64,000 nt of DNA, taken from the NCBI GenBank assembly GCA_964633745.1, contig CAZWHZ010000003.1, positions 1,494-65,493 of the forward strand, given 5' to 3'. The notes below the pieces were generated by a model. That model did not search any database. It worked only from the letters and a program-made list of their open reading frames with translations, and had not been told where the DNA came from. Below are positions 19,299 to 28,717 of this stretch, in pieces. The stretch comes from an uncultured Acidimicrobiia bacterium. GTDB taxonomy: Bacteria; Actinomycetota; Acidimicrobiia; Spongiisociales; UBA4744. Both the position numbers and the translations under genes were made by a program. Numbering within the stretch: the stretch's first letter is position 1; every line of letters begins with the position of its first letter.

Positions 19299-19592
19299 AT
19301 GACCACGATAAAGACAACTTGCCAACACTGCGGAGACATCGAACTCCACCCTGCCGATCTAGCACTCGAGCTGGATCCGATGGGCGACCAGGGGAGCTAC
19401 CTGTTCGTGTGCCCAGGGTGCGGCGACCTACAGCGTCGGCCGGCAAACAACAGAGTTGTCAACGTCCTGCTCGCAACTGGCGTCAGCTACGACGTGGTCG
19501 TGCCGGAGCCCGGGCCGATCACCGAAGAAGAGGTCGCCCAGTTCGTCGAAGCCCTCGATCGTGAAGAAGAGTTCTGGAGGATGCTCGCCTGA
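19299..19592 (+). CDS. Hypothetical zinc-ribbon protein (97 aa)
   Basis: CQHC-x26-CPGC followed by an acidic C-terminal helix. Sits between pafC and tatA. Confidence 0.55.
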   Translation: MTTIKTTCQHCGDIELHPADLALELDPMGDQGSYLFVCPGCGDLQRRPANNRVVNVLLATGVSYDVVVPEPGPITEEEVAQFVEALDREEEFWRMLA

Positions 19593-19633
19593 GCAGTCGC
19601 TTGGGCAGCACCAATCTCTAACATGAGAGCCTT

Positions 19634-19918
19634 GTGCTCTTCGATGTCAGCCCTTCCGAACTGATCGTCATCCTCCTCGTTGCGCTGATCGTATTCGGAC
19701 CGAAGCGCCTCCCTGAGATGGCGAAGAAGCTCTCGTCGATCGTGCGTGACATCCAGGCGACCGCCGGAGAGCTGCAACGTGGGCTCGAGAAGGAAGTCCG
19801 CGAACTGACCGAGCCCATCAAGGACGCGACGAAACCCTTGAGAGAGCTCTCCACCGAGCCGATCGCCGACGCGCAGAAACGCGCGGAGCCGAAGGACACA
19901 CCCCCTCGAGATGAGTGA
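19634..19918 (+). CDS. tatA: Twin-arginine translocase subunit TatA/E
   Basis: GTG start. SPSELIVILLVALIVFGPKRLPEMAKKL is the canonical TatA TM segment plus amphipathic helix. Confidence 0.9.
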   Translation: MLFDVSPSELIVILLVALIVFGPKRLPEMAKKLSSIVRDIQATAGELQRGLEKEVRELTEPIKDATKPLRELSTEPIADAQKRAEPKDTPPRDE

Positions 19919-20624
19919 GGACACACCCCGGTCGGTGGTCGAACACCTCGAAGAACTCCGATGGAGGCTCGTCAAGAGCGCGATCGCCGTCGTCATCGGC
20001 GCGATTGTCGCATTCGTCTTTCGTGGGTGGATCTTCGAGGCTCTTGCCCGCCCGTATCGCCTTGCGCTACCCGGACAGGCTCTGAACCAGTTCGAAGTGA
20101 CAGAGGGGTTCTCGGTCGCGATGCGACTGTCGATGTTCGGGGGTCTCTTTCTCGCCAGTCCTGTGCTCTTCTATCAGATGTGGGCGTTCATCAATCCTGC
20201 CCTCACGAAGCGAGAACGCAAATGGACCATCCCGATTGTTGCAGCACTCGTCGTGCTGTTCTCGGGTGGTGTCGCCTTTGGCTACTTCATCCTTCCGAGG
20301 GGGCTGGTGTTCCTCCTTGGTGTCCAGCCGGGACTCAACGCGGTGATCGGAGCATCGGACTACTTCGGTCTGGCACTCAGGTTCTTGTTGGTGTTCGGCG
20401 TCGCATTCGAGTTCCCTGTCTTCATCTTCGCCGCTGCCGCTGCGGGCCTGGTGTCGTCTGAGAAACTCGGCCAGGGTCGGCGTTGGGCCGTGCTCATCAT
20501 CGTTGTCGTCGGCGCCGTGGTGACCCCGACGGGTGACCCATTGACGTTGACGGCACTGTCGGTCCCGCTGTACCTGTTGTACGAGGCGACTATCTGGCTC
20601 GTCAAGCTCACACTCCACAAATGA
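19911..20624 (+). CDS. tatC: Twin-arginine translocase subunit TatC
   Basis: VVEHLEELRWRLVKS..., six TM segments. 8-nt overlap with tatA. Confidence 0.9.
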   Translation: MSEDTPRSVVEHLEELRWRLVKSAIAVVIGAIVAFVFRGWIFEALARPYRLALPGQALNQFEVTEGFSVAMRLSMFGGLFLASPVLFYQMWAFINPALTKRERKWTIPIVAALVVLFSGGVAFGYFILPRGLVFLLGVQPGLNAVIGASDYFGLALRFLLVFGVAFEFPVFIFAAAAAGLVSSEKLGQGRRWAVLIIVVVGAVVTPTGDPLTLTALSVPLYLLYEATIWLVKLTLHK

Positions 20625-23023
20625 CCGGGTTCGAGCTGGATCCCTTCCAGCGGGAAGCGGCCGATGCGATCGAGTCGGGGGAATCCGTGGTCGTGACCGC
20701 CCCAACCGGTTCCGGGAAGACCCTCGTCGCCGAACTCGCCATCCGCGGAGCGCTCTCCCGGGGCAGCAAGGCGTTCTATACCACACCGCTGAAGGCACTC
20801 TCCAACCAGAAGTTCAACGACTTCAGGCGAGCCTATGGGGACGTGGGGCTGTTGACGGGTGACAACACGATCAACGGGGACGCGCCGCTCGTCGTGATGA
20901 CGACGGAGGTGCTCCGCAACATGATCTACGCGGGCTCTTCCGCACTCGAACGACTCGAGGTCGTGGTCCTGGACGAAGTGCACTACCTCCAGGATCCCTC
21001 CAGGGGAGCAGTGTGGGAAGAGATCATCGTTCACGCGCCACCTGTGCAGCTCGTCTGCCTGTCGGCGACCGTCTCCAACGCTGATGTCTTCGCAGCCTGG
21101 GTGCAGAGCAGGAGGGGTCCGACGAGGCTCATACAAGAGGACCGTCGCCCGGTGCCCCTCGTGAACCTGTACGCGCTGAAGGACCGCTGGGACGACAATG
21201 TGCTGCTGGAGCACATGTTCACTGAACGGGAGGCGAACAGGACGATCGAGTCCTGGCTCAGAGGAAGGAAGGCCCGGCGATACGGAACTCCGAGGCGCAA
21301 CGAGACCATCTCGGCCCTGGCCGCCCGAGAGATGCTGCCGACCATCTACTTCATCTTTTCTCGGGCGGGATGCGACGACGCGGCCCGCAGACTCGTCCGC
21401 GCCGGAGCACGGTTCATCGAGCCAGAGGAGGTTGAGGAGGTACGGGAGGCCGCCGAGCGTCGAACCGGCCACATCGACCCGAGCGACCTCGACGTGCTCG
21501 GCTACGACGACTGGTTGTACGGCCTCGAAGCCGGAGTCGCACCACACCACGCCGGAATGGTGCCCGCGTTCAAAGAGACCGTCGAGGAGTTGTTTGCGCG
21601 GGGTCTCGTGAAGGTGGTGTTCGCCACAGAGACGCTGTCACTCGGCATCAACATGCCCGCACGGACCGTTGTTCTCGAGAGTCTGAGCAGGTTCACCGGG
21701 GAGACCCACGAGTTGCTTCGGCCAGGCGACTACACCCAGCTAACCGGACGTGCAGGGAGGCGCGGGATCGACGAGCTTGGTTACGGAGTGGTGCTGCACT
21801 CGAGCTACGTGCCGTTCGCGAGGGTGGTGGAACTCGCGCGCGCCGGGTCACATGCGCTTTCGTCCAGCTTCAGACCGTCCTACAACATGGCCGTCAATCT
21901 GATCGCGAACCATCCTCGTGAACGGGCCGAGCGCCTTCTCAATGCCTCCTTCGGGCAGTTCCTCGCATCGAGAGGAGTTGCCGCCAGACAACGGCTTCTC
22001 GAGCGGCAAGAACGAGAACTCGCAGATGCACGCACCCAAGCAGTGTGTGAGCGAGGAGACGTCGGGGAGTACATCCGGCATACAGGACGTTCGCGGTCGC
22101 GCGATGTCGGCGACATTCTCGACACGAGGTTGGGTCGCGGCGTCGTTGTGAAACGTAGGCGGGGGAAACGAGTCGAACTCATTGTGGTAACCGAGGACGG
22201 AAGACTGACGACGCTGGCGCCGAGCGTGATTCGGGGCGCCCGCAAGGTCGGGTGGATGCGAGTCGACGACGTTCGCAGGGTTACCAAGGACGCAGCCTTT
22301 CGAAAGCACGTCGGCGTCAGTATCGCCGGACACACGAGGCCGCACCCGGTCGCGTCCTGCCCTGATCGCGAAGCTCATGTCGGCGCCTACGGGAGGGTCC
22401 CCAAGCTTCAGCGCCGGGTCGATGGACTCCGGGCCGATCTCGATCGAGCTCAGCGGGGTCTGGTCGAGGAACTCGACCGAATCCTCACCCTGCTGGAGAG
22501 GCGAGGCTATGTGAAGGGATGGAATCTGACCGAATCGGGAGAACGTCTCCGATCGATCTACTCGGACACCGACCTGCTGCTGTTCGAGGCCGTGTCCGGC
22601 GGACTCTTCGACGACTTGGAACCGGCCGAGGCGGCATCGCTGGTGGCGATGACCGTGTATGAGCCTCGGCGGTCGGATGCGCCGTTGGACAGATGGCCCA
22701 CACTTCGGCTCGCGAGTCGAGGCGAGCAGTTGGAGACGCTGTGGGAGGGACTTGCCGAAGGAGAGAGGGAACTCGGACTTCCAGGCACGCGACCCCCGGA
22801 ACGCGGTTTCATGGATGCGGCGTACGGCTGGGCGTCCGGTGTCGACCTGGATGAGCTTCCGACTACGACCGACCCTGGCGATTTCGTTCGGACCTCCCGC
22901 CAGCTTCTCGACGTGCTCCGCCAGATCAGGGATGCGGTCCCAAGCCTCAGAAACACAATGGCCCAGGCCATCAGAGCAATCGACCGCGGCGTGGTCGCCG
23001 CCCCGAGGTTCGAACATGAATGA
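20621..23023 (+). CDS. helY: Ski2-like DEAD/DEAH-box helicase HelY
   Basis: APTGSGKT, DEVHYL and SAT motifs. 800 aa. Synteny after tatC matches Rv2092c. Confidence 0.9.
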   Translation: MTGFELDPFQREAADAIESGESVVVTAPTGSGKTLVAELAIRGALSRGSKAFYTTPLKALSNQKFNDFRRAYGDVGLLTGDNTINGDAPLVVMTTEVLRNMIYAGSSALERLEVVVLDEVHYLQDPSRGAVWEEIIVHAPPVQLVCLSATVSNADVFAAWVQSRRGPTRLIQEDRRPVPLVNLYALKDRWDDNVLLEHMFTEREANRTIESWLRGRKARRYGTPRRNETISALAAREMLPTIYFIFSRAGCDDAARRLVRAGARFIEPEEVEEVREAAERRTGHIDPSDLDVLGYDDWLYGLEAGVAPHHAGMVPAFKETVEELFARGLVKVVFATETLSLGINMPARTVVLESLSRFTGETHELLRPGDYTQLTGRAGRRGIDELGYGVVLHSSYVPFARVVELARAGSHALSSSFRPSYNMAVNLIANHPRERAERLLNASFGQFLASRGVAARQRLLERQERELADARTQAVCERGDVGEYIRHTGRSRSRDVGDILDTRLGRGVVVKRRRGKRVELIVVTEDGRLTTLAPSVIRGARKVGWMRVDDVRRVTKDAAFRKHVGVSIAGHTRPHPVASCPDREAHVGAYGRVPKLQRRVDGLRADLDRAQRGLVEELDRILTLLERRGYVKGWNLTESGERLRSIYSDTDLLLFEAVSGGLFDDLEPAEAASLVAMTVYEPRRSDAPLDRWPTLRLASRGEQLETLWEGLAEGERELGLPGTRPPERGFMDAAYGWASGVDLDELPTTTDPGDFVRTSRQLLDVLRQIRDAVPSLRNTMAQAIRAIDRGVVAAPRFEHE

Positions 23024-23909
23024 GTGGCTGGTTCTCGTGAATCCCATGGCCGGAAGGGGCAGCCATGCTGCAGAGCGGACGCGACGGGCACTGACTTCGC
23101 GCGGCATCGCCGCGGAGATCCGGGTCCCCACGACACCGGCAGCGATGCGTACCGCGGTGGACGCCGGAGTTGGTGAGGGGCGGACGCGCTTCGTGGCCGT
23201 GGGTGGCGACGGTACTGCGAATCTGATGGTCGATCAGCTCCTTGCGCACCCATGGTCGACGCCGCCGGTGTTGGGTCTGCTTCCTGGAGGTTCGGGCTCG
23301 GATCTCGCAAGGTCATTCGACATCCCTCAGCGCATCGAGGACGCTGCCGAGGTGCTCCGCGGAGAAGCCACAACCACGACAGACGTAGGCGTCCTGGAAG
23401 GAACATGGGGGTCGAAACGGTTCGTGAACTGCGCAGAGTCAGGTCTCACCGCGGCGGTACTGCACCGCTCGTTGGGACTCCCCAGGTGGCTCGGATCCGT
23501 CAAATACCACCTGGCGCTCGGTCTGGTGTACCCCAGGGTGCAGCTTGCCACGATGACGATTCAGGCGGGGGACAACGAGTTCAAAGGACGTTCACTCCTC
23601 GCGGTGTTCGCCAATGCCCGCTATTTCGCAGGCGGCTGGAAGATCGCACCGGAGGCGTCCGTCTCGGACGGCCTGTTCGACATCCAGGTGTTCGAAGCTA
23701 CGAAACGAGACATCCCACGATTGTGGTGGCTCGCGAAGTCGGGGGCCCATGTGACCGAGCCCACCATTCGTCACTTCACCGCTCCGACCTTCACCCTGGA
23801 GGTTGCAGATGGCTGGCCGGTGGAGGCCGACGGCGAGTACTTCGGCGAAGGGTCGATGCGAGGCAGCATGATCCGATCGGCCCTCTCCATCAAGATATCC
23901 GACCGGTAG
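23016..23909 (+). CDS. Diacylglycerol/lipid kinase family protein (YegS/DAGK catalytic domain)
   Basis: ORF 22659..23909 trimmed to MNEWLVLVNPMAGRG. GGDGT motif. 8-nt overlap with helY. Confidence 0.8.
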   Translation: MNEWLVLVNPMAGRGSHAAERTRRALTSRGIAAEIRVPTTPAAMRTAVDAGVGEGRTRFVAVGGDGTANLMVDQLLAHPWSTPPVLGLLPGGSGSDLARSFDIPQRIEDAAEVLRGEATTTTDVGVLEGTWGSKRFVNCAESGLTAAVLHRSLGLPRWLGSVKYHLALGLVYPRVQLATMTIQAGDNEFKGRSLLAVFANARYFAGGWKIAPEASVSDGLFDIQVFEATKRDIPRLWWLAKSGAHVTEPTIRHFTAPTFTLEVADGWPVEADGEYFGEGSMRGSMIRSALSIKISDR

Positions 23910-23945
23910 AGGCTCGCCCGTCGAACAGTCCACCACACTTCGACA

Positions 23946-23975
23946 GCAGTGGGTATATACTCTCGCCGCCCCGGC
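23946..23975 (+). promoter_or_regulatory. Candidate -10 hexamer TATACT followed by a 7-bp leader hairpin upstream of the DUF4193-like gene
   Basis: TATACT at 23946-23951. CCGCCCC-GGCGGA-GGGGCGG at 23956-23975. GGGAG lies before ATG 24013. Confidence 0.3.
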
Positions 23976-24012
23976 GGAGGGGCGGAGTGATTCCGGAGAC
24001 AGGGAGCTCGAG

Positions 24013-24534
24013 ATGGATCGTGACACCATGAGCGACATGGACGACGATCTCGAATTGGATGACGTCGATGCACCCGACGACCTCGAGGAGCTTGAAGACG
24101 AGGACGCCGGCGAAGTCGACGCGTTCGATGATCAAGATGATGACAACGGAGTCGACCTCGACCTGGATGACCTTGGTCTCAACATCGACGAAGGTTTCGG
24201 CGACGCGGGCACCGGCGGCGACATCGATGAGGTTGAGGACGCGGACGGCGAGGACGGCGACGGAGAAGACGAGGCGGCCGCCGAGGAGAACGAAGAGGCG
24301 CTGGAAGAGCTCGAAGCCGAGGAGCTCGAGCTTCTGGACGACGAGGTAGCGGAAACGCTTCTCCTGGACGAGGCCGCGGAGCTGCGTGCGATCAGACGCG
24401 CCGAGCTGACGCTTGATGCCGACGCCGAGAGCGTCAGGGGGGACGAGTTCGTGTGCCAGTCGTGCTTCTTGGTGAAACGCACCAGCCAGCTCGCCAACAA
24501 GCGGAAGCTAATCTGCAAGGACTGTGCCAGCTGA
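24013..24534 (+). CDS. DUF4193-like protein (acidic N-terminal region plus C-terminal CxxC...CxxC)
   Basis: D/E-rich N-terminal ~100 aa, then ...GDEFVCQSCFLVKRTSQLANKRKLICKDCAS, the conserved actinobacterial DUF4193 tail (recalled from memory). Confidence 0.7.
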   Translation: MDRDTMSDMDDDLELDDVDAPDDLEELEDEDAGEVDAFDDQDDDNGVDLDLDDLGLNIDEGFGDAGTGGDIDEVEDADGEDGDGEDEAAAEENEEALEELEAEELELLDDEVAETLLLDEAAELRAIRRAELTLDADAESVRGDEFVCQSCFLVKRTSQLANKRKLICKDCAS

Positions 24535-25246
24535 TCCCTCGTCTGTCGCCGTTGTCATCCCAACGTACAACGAGCGAGAGAACCTCGAAGAGTTCGTCAA
24601 CGCCGTACGGCGCCACGGCTACCGCGTGCTCGTAGTCGACGACAACTCACCCGACGGCACCGGGGAACTGGCCGACCTCCTCGCATCGAAGGACGACCTG
24701 GTCGGGGTGGTGCACAGGACATCCAAACAGGGTCTCGGGCCCGCCTACGCACACGGTTTTCGCGAAGCAACAGCCGATGGAGCGGCCATCCTGTGCGAGA
24801 TCGACGCGGACTTTTCCCACGATCCCGCTGCACTCCCGGCGCTCATCGCTGCCATCGATCGCGGAGCGGACCTCGCAATCGGGAGTAGGTACGTCGACGG
24901 TGGCTCAACCCCCGGCTGGCCACTTCACCGCAGGATGCTCTCGAAGGGAGCAAATGCGTACGTGAAGCTGATGCTGCGATTGAGCGTCAACGACTCAACT
25001 GCCGGCTTCAGAGCCTTTCGGAGCGAAGCGCTCGGCCGTCTGCACCCGGAGACCTGTCTTGCATCCGGGTACGCCTTTCAAGTGGAGATGACGTGGAGGG
25101 CGGTACGCGAAGGTTTGCGCATCGAAGAGGTGCCAATCACGTTTCGAGACCGCAGGGCCGGAACATCGAAGATGGGGCTGCCTATCGTTGTCGAGGCGAT
25201 GTGGTTGGTCACGAAGTGGGGCCTGACCCGGAGCCGGCCCCGATGA
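24524..25246 (+). CDS. ppm1: Polyprenol-phosphate mannosyltransferase (GT2, Ppm1/Dpm1-like)
   Basis: VVIPTYNERENL...VVDDNSPDGT...DADFSHDP are GT2 DxD-type motifs. Confidence 0.8.
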   Translation: MPADPSSVAVVIPTYNERENLEEFVNAVRRHGYRVLVVDDNSPDGTGELADLLASKDDLVGVVHRTSKQGLGPAYAHGFREATADGAAILCEIDADFSHDPAALPALIAAIDRGADLAIGSRYVDGGSTPGWPLHRRMLSKGANAYVKLMLRLSVNDSTAGFRAFRSEALGRLHPETCLASGYAFQVEMTWRAVREGLRIEEVPITFRDRRAGTSKMGLPIVVEAMWLVTKWGLTRSRPR

Positions 25247-25680
25247 CCGGCCCTTCGGCGCGGCGCGGCGTCCCCGACGATATCGATGACCTGGTAGCAC
25301 TCTACGACCTCCTCGCGGCCGAGATGTTGGATCTGCGACCAGACTGGGCGGCGACCAGCGGGTTGAGGGAACCTGTAGACGACGCAGTGCGCGCCATGTT
25401 GGAGGGCACCATCGTCGGCTTGTTCGACGATGTTCCGGTTGGCTTCCTCTTCTCGACTCTCGCACCGCCGACATGCACGATCTCGTACGTGTACACGCGT
25501 CCCGAAGTTCGAGGGGTGGGTGTCGGCGAGGCAATGGTGGACCTGCTTCGGGGAGAGGCCGGCGCGCTCGGCATCAAGACCTTCGACGTTCCCGTGCTCC
25601 CTGGACATCGCGCCGCGAAGAACTTTTTCGAGGGTGAAGGCTTCAAAGCCAGGCAGATCATCATGCGCCACAATGTCTGA
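25243..25680 (+). CDS. GNAT-family N-acetyltransferase
   Basis: ORF 25093..25680 trimmed to ATG 25243 (ATGA overlap). RPEVRGVGVGEAMV is the acetyl-CoA binding motif. Confidence 0.7.
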   Translation: MTGPSARRGVPDDIDDLVALYDLLAAEMLDLRPDWAATSGLREPVDDAVRAMLEGTIVGLFDDVPVGFLFSTLAPPTCTISYVYTRPEVRGVGVGEAMVDLLRGEAGALGIKTFDVPVLPGHRAAKNFFEGEGFKARQIIMRHNV

Positions 25681-26086
25681 CCGGCGTCCCGTGCCCGGTG
25701 TGGGTGCCGTCGTCATTCGAGATGGGGCACTCCTCCTCATCCGGCGGGGGAGAGGAGCCTACGAGGGTCTCTGGGCGGTACCGGGCGGCAAGGTCGAGTA
25801 TGGAGAGACACTCCGAGGTGCCGCCGCACGAGAGACGCTCGAGGAAACGGGATACGTCGTCAGTGTCGGTGACATCGCATGGGTGGGAGAAACGATCGGC
25901 CCCGGAGCGCCCCCGGAGTGGCACTACACACTGATCGACTTCCACGCGACCGTGATCGGAGGCGAACTCACCATTGGAGATGACGCCGCAGATGCCGAAT
26001 GGGTGCCGCTGAGTGAAGTGCTTCAGCGACCGGTTACCCCGACCATGGTCGATCTCATGCAGGTGCTTGGTCGTCGAACGACCTGA
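25673..26086 (+). CDS. NUDIX hydrolase
   Basis: ORF 25430..26086 trimmed to ATG 25673. Nudix box GGKVEYGETLRGAAARETLEETG. Confidence 0.85.
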   Translation: MSDRRPVPGVGAVVIRDGALLLIRRGRGAYEGLWAVPGGKVEYGETLRGAAARETLEETGYVVSVGDIAWVGETIGPGAPPEWHYTLIDFHATVIGGELTIGDDAADAEWVPLSEVLQRPVTPTMVDLMQVLGRRTT

Positions 26087-27182
26087 AGACGAGACCGGCG
26101 AGCGGTTTCGGCATGAACAGGGTCGTCTTGCGTGGAAAGCGCAGCCGATTGTCCGCCGCCTCCGAGACTGCCTCGTCCGGGACAGCAGCCATCAGCATCA
26201 CGGCACCATCAGGATGGTTGTGGAGGCGGCGGAGAAGGAGATCGGGGTCGCCATGGAACTCCGCATCGGCTTCTTGGACGCGGAGGGCCGGGTACAGCAA
26301 CTCGCGCGCGACCGCGGTGCTTGCGAACCGCCAGGGCCGAGGAAGGCGCTCCAGGGCGTTCAACTTCGGAGTCAGGAGCCATGACCGGCCGGCGAGCGCG
26401 ACAGTGATCGAGCCGGGGGCGTCGGGCACCTCTGCGGGTCCTGGCTGCACATTGAAGGAATCCTCAGGAGGATTCCAAGAGACGGAAGAAAAGATGCGAT
26501 GGATGGGGCGGATGTCCAGCCCGCTTCCCTCGGCAGGGGCAACGAATGCCATGATCGAGTCCCACGGGCCGGGAACGCCTCGAGAGCTCTGGTACTCGAG
26601 GGCAGCCGTGTATCGGTGGTGACCATCTGCGATCGCCAGCGGATGTGCGTCGATGGCGGCGGCGACCGCTGGATCGTGAAGGTCATACACGGAGTGGCAT
26701 ACCCCGTCACGCTCGACAACCCAGCGCGCAGATTCCGCTGGTTGCAGGATGTTGGGCAGCGAGTGGGAAGGCGACAGCGCAATGATCAGATCGAGGTTCG
26801 CGCGGGTTGCTGCGAGGAGCTGCCGTCGATCGGTTCCCGTATGGCTCATGGTTTCCTCGTGGGCGAGGACGCGAGGGCCGAACGCCTCGACTCCCATCGC
26901 ACCAATGACGCCCCGTGCTTCCCTGGTGGCCCCATCGGAAGCGCGGAACTGCATCGTGTAGAGGTAGAAGCGGGGGGTGGGGTCCGTCTCAACCACCCCG
27001 GTGTCTCTCCATGCAGTGAGCAGGCGGAGCGCCTCGGGGTGGGAGTCGGGGAGGAGGACGTTGGCGATATTGTGCGGTGACAATTCCCGAAAACGGGCGG
27101 AGTCGTCGATCATGTCGTACGGGGGACTGGTCGACGCTGCCACGTCGTCAACGAAGTACGTGCCTCGGAAGGGTGTGAACAT
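26055..27182 (-). CDS. DUF1015 family protein
   Basis: Trimmed to MFTPFRGTYF...SPPYDMI. C-terminus FPRKTTLFMPKPLAGLVF. These are the conserved DUF1015 termini, from memory. Confidence 0.75.
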   Translation of the reverse strand: MFTPFRGTYFVDDVAASTSPPYDMIDDSARFRELSPHNIANVLLPDSHPEALRLLTAWRDTGVVETDPTPRFYLYTMQFRASDGATREARGVIGAMGVEAFGPRVLAHEETMSHTGTDRRQLLAATRANLDLIIALSPSHSLPNILQPAESARWVVERDGVCHSVYDLHDPAVAAAIDAHPLAIADGHHRYTAALEYQSSRGVPGPWDSIMAFVAPAEGSGLDIRPIHRIFSSVSWNPPEDSFNVQPGPAEVPDAPGSITVALAGRSWLLTPKLNALERLPRPWRFASTAVARELLYPALRVQEADAEFHGDPDLLLRRLHNHPDGAVMLMAAVPDEAVSEAADNRLRFPRKTTLFMPKPLAGLVFRSFDDQAPA

Positions 27183-27978
27183 GGCCGAAGTTGTAGCTGG
27201 CGGGCGCAGGCAAGGCAATGTGGTGTGTGATATCGACGGCGTGATCTACCGAGGTTCGACACCGATCGAAGGGGCAGGAGACGCGTTGCGCAGGCTCGAG
27301 GCGATGGGCTTTGCGATTCTGTTTGTGACCAACAATTCCACCACGACCCCGCATCTCGTGGCTCAGAGGATCTCGCAGATGAGCGGGTATGAGGCGTTGG
27401 CCGAGCAGGTTCTGGGATCGGCTGAGGCCGCGGCCACGATCCTCGAGTCGGACAAGCCCGAGACGATGGTCGTCGGGGGAGCCGGGATCGAGGAAGCGCT
27501 CTTGGCGCGTTCCATCCCTATGACGGATGATCCGTCGGTTGCAGGAGCCGTCGTCGTCGGGCTCGATCGAGCGTTCTCCTACGCGAAGCTCGATGCGGCC
27601 GCTACGGCCATCCGCAACGGGGCCCGATTCATCGCCACGAATACCGACATCACGTTCCCTGGGGCAGACGGGATCCATCCTGGCGCCGGCGCGATCGTCG
27701 CTGCGATCGAGGCTGCGTCGGGTGTGCACCCCGTGGTCGCCGGCAAACCCCACTCGGCCATCCGCGCACTCATCCGACAGCGGCTCCGGCCGGGGCCAGT
27801 GTGGGTAGTAGGGGATCGTCCTGACACCGATCTCGCCCTTGCCCGGGCCGAACGGTGGCACGCCGCACTCGTGCTGACCGGGATCGCATCGAGTGAGGAT
27901 GATGTGCCGAAGGGCCTCGAACCCGACCTGATCGTCGAGTCGATCGCTAGCCTGCCTGAGCGAATCGACCCGGCGTGA
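27181..27978 (+). CDS. HAD-IIA family hydrolase (NagD-like)
   Basis: VVCDIDGVIYRG...LFVTNNST motifs. The start is uncertain: ATG 27181 overlaps the divergent DUF1015 start, and GTG 27220/27223 are alternatives. Confidence 0.75.
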   Translation: MAEVVAGGRRQGNVVCDIDGVIYRGSTPIEGAGDALRRLEAMGFAILFVTNNSTTTPHLVAQRISQMSGYEALAEQVLGSAEAAATILESDKPETMVVGGAGIEEALLARSIPMTDDPSVAGAVVVGLDRAFSYAKLDAAATAIRNGARFIATNTDITFPGADGIHPGAGAIVAAIEAASGVHPVVAGKPHSAIRALIRQRLRPGPVWVVGDRPDTDLALARAERWHAALVLTGIASSEDDVPKGLEPDLIVESIASLPERIDPA

Positions 27979-28684
27979 GCCGGCGCCGGTGTGCGAGGAG
28001 AGCGGGGCGAAACAGCATCGCCACCACGGCTCCGAACAGGAAGCCTCCGAGGTGTGCTTGCCAGGCGACGCCAGTTCCGCTCACGAAGAACTGACCGACC
28101 AACCAGACGCCGAGGAACAGGGCGGCGGGCAGCGCGATCGGGAGAAAGAAGAAGATCGGAAACACCGAAACGATCCGGGCCCGGGGATAGAGAACGAGGT
28201 ATGCGCCCATCACGCCGGCGATCGCCCCTGAGGCGCCCACCAGAGGAGTCGTGGCATCGGGCGTGGACAGGACGAAGGCCGCGGTGGCCACAACACCAGA
28301 GAGCAGGTAGAAGAGCAGGTATCCGAGCTTGCCGAACGCGTCCTCAACGTTGTTGCCGAAGATCCACAGGACCCACAGGTTCCCGGCGAGGTGCCAGAAG
28401 CTTGCATGCAGGAACATCGAAACGATGACGCTTTGCCACAGGTTCTTCTCCGGAAACAACGGGGGTGGGGTCGCGACGTCCGAGCATCCGTTGACGTCGC
28501 CGTGGTCGAGAAGTGCACCGGTGGACAGCTCGCACGGGATCGCGGCATGCCCCAAATCGAACTCGTAGGCCGCCTGTTCCGTGTGGGGTTGCACGAAGAA
28601 GAACACGAACGCTGCCGCGGCGATGATCAGCCATGTGATCAGCGGACGGGTGACGCCAGGATTCGCGTCCCGTATCGGAATCAA
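27947..28684 (-). CDS. Rhomboid-family intramembrane serine protease
   Basis: HASFWHLAGNLWVLWIFG, GASGAIAGVMG (GxSG) and a downstream AHLGGFLFG histidine. Confidence 0.85.
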   Translation of the reverse strand: MIPIRDANPGVTRPLITWLIIAAAAFVFFFVQPHTEQAAYEFDLGHAAIPCELSTGALLDHGDVNGCSDVATPPPLFPEKNLWQSVIVSMFLHASFWHLAGNLWVLWIFGNNVEDAFGKLGYLLFYLLSGVVATAAFVLSTPDATTPLVGASGAIAGVMGAYLVLYPRARIVSVFPIFFFLPIALPAALFLGVWLVGQFFVSGTGVAWQAHLGGFLFGAVVAMLFRPALLAHRRRLTPGRFAQAG

Positions 28685-28711
28685 AAGACCCCTCCTGTCG
28701 TGGTGGTCTGT

Positions 28712-28717
28712 GATAAT
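28712..28717 (+). promoter_or_regulatory. Candidate -10 hexamer GATAAT, 7 nt upstream of ATG 28725 (leaderless geometry)
   Basis: The only AT-rich hexamer in the 31-nt spacer after the divergent rhomboid start. Same hexamer-7 nt-ATG spacing as at 8836. Confidence 0.3.

Noticed and set aside
20360-23131. Very long minus-strand ORFs (20360..21550, 396 aa; 21848..23131, 427 aa) opposite helY
   Set aside because: They are antisense to a helicase with unmistakable motifs (APTGSGKT, DEVH). Their Arg/Pro/Gly/His-rich, low-complexity composition is typical of shadow frames in high-GC DNA.
24013-24330. Repetitive GAC/GAT/GAG tract that looks like a tandem repeat
   Set aside because: It encodes the D/E-rich N-terminal region of the DUF4193-like protein. 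This is low-complexity coding sequence with no spacer/repeat periodicity, so it is not CRISPR and not a non-coding repeat.
26055-26086. Two convergent gene pairs overlap by exactly 32 nt (NUDIX/DUF1015 at 26055-26086; HAD/rhomboid at 27947-27978)
   Set aside because: The two overlap sequences share no similarity. The equal length is most likely coincidence in a compact genome.
28694-28717. Possible PafBC (RecA-NDp-like) promoter motif TGTCG-N11-GATAAT upstream of the tlyA-nadK-recN operon. A second TTGTCGGTG occurs at 51816-51824.
   Set aside because: These are only partial matches to the consensus I recall (tTGTCRgtg-N8-TAnnnT). At 28696 the gtg part and the first T of the -10 hexamer are wrong. 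At 51816 no TAnnnT follows at the right spacing. Too weak to claim without a position-weight scan.
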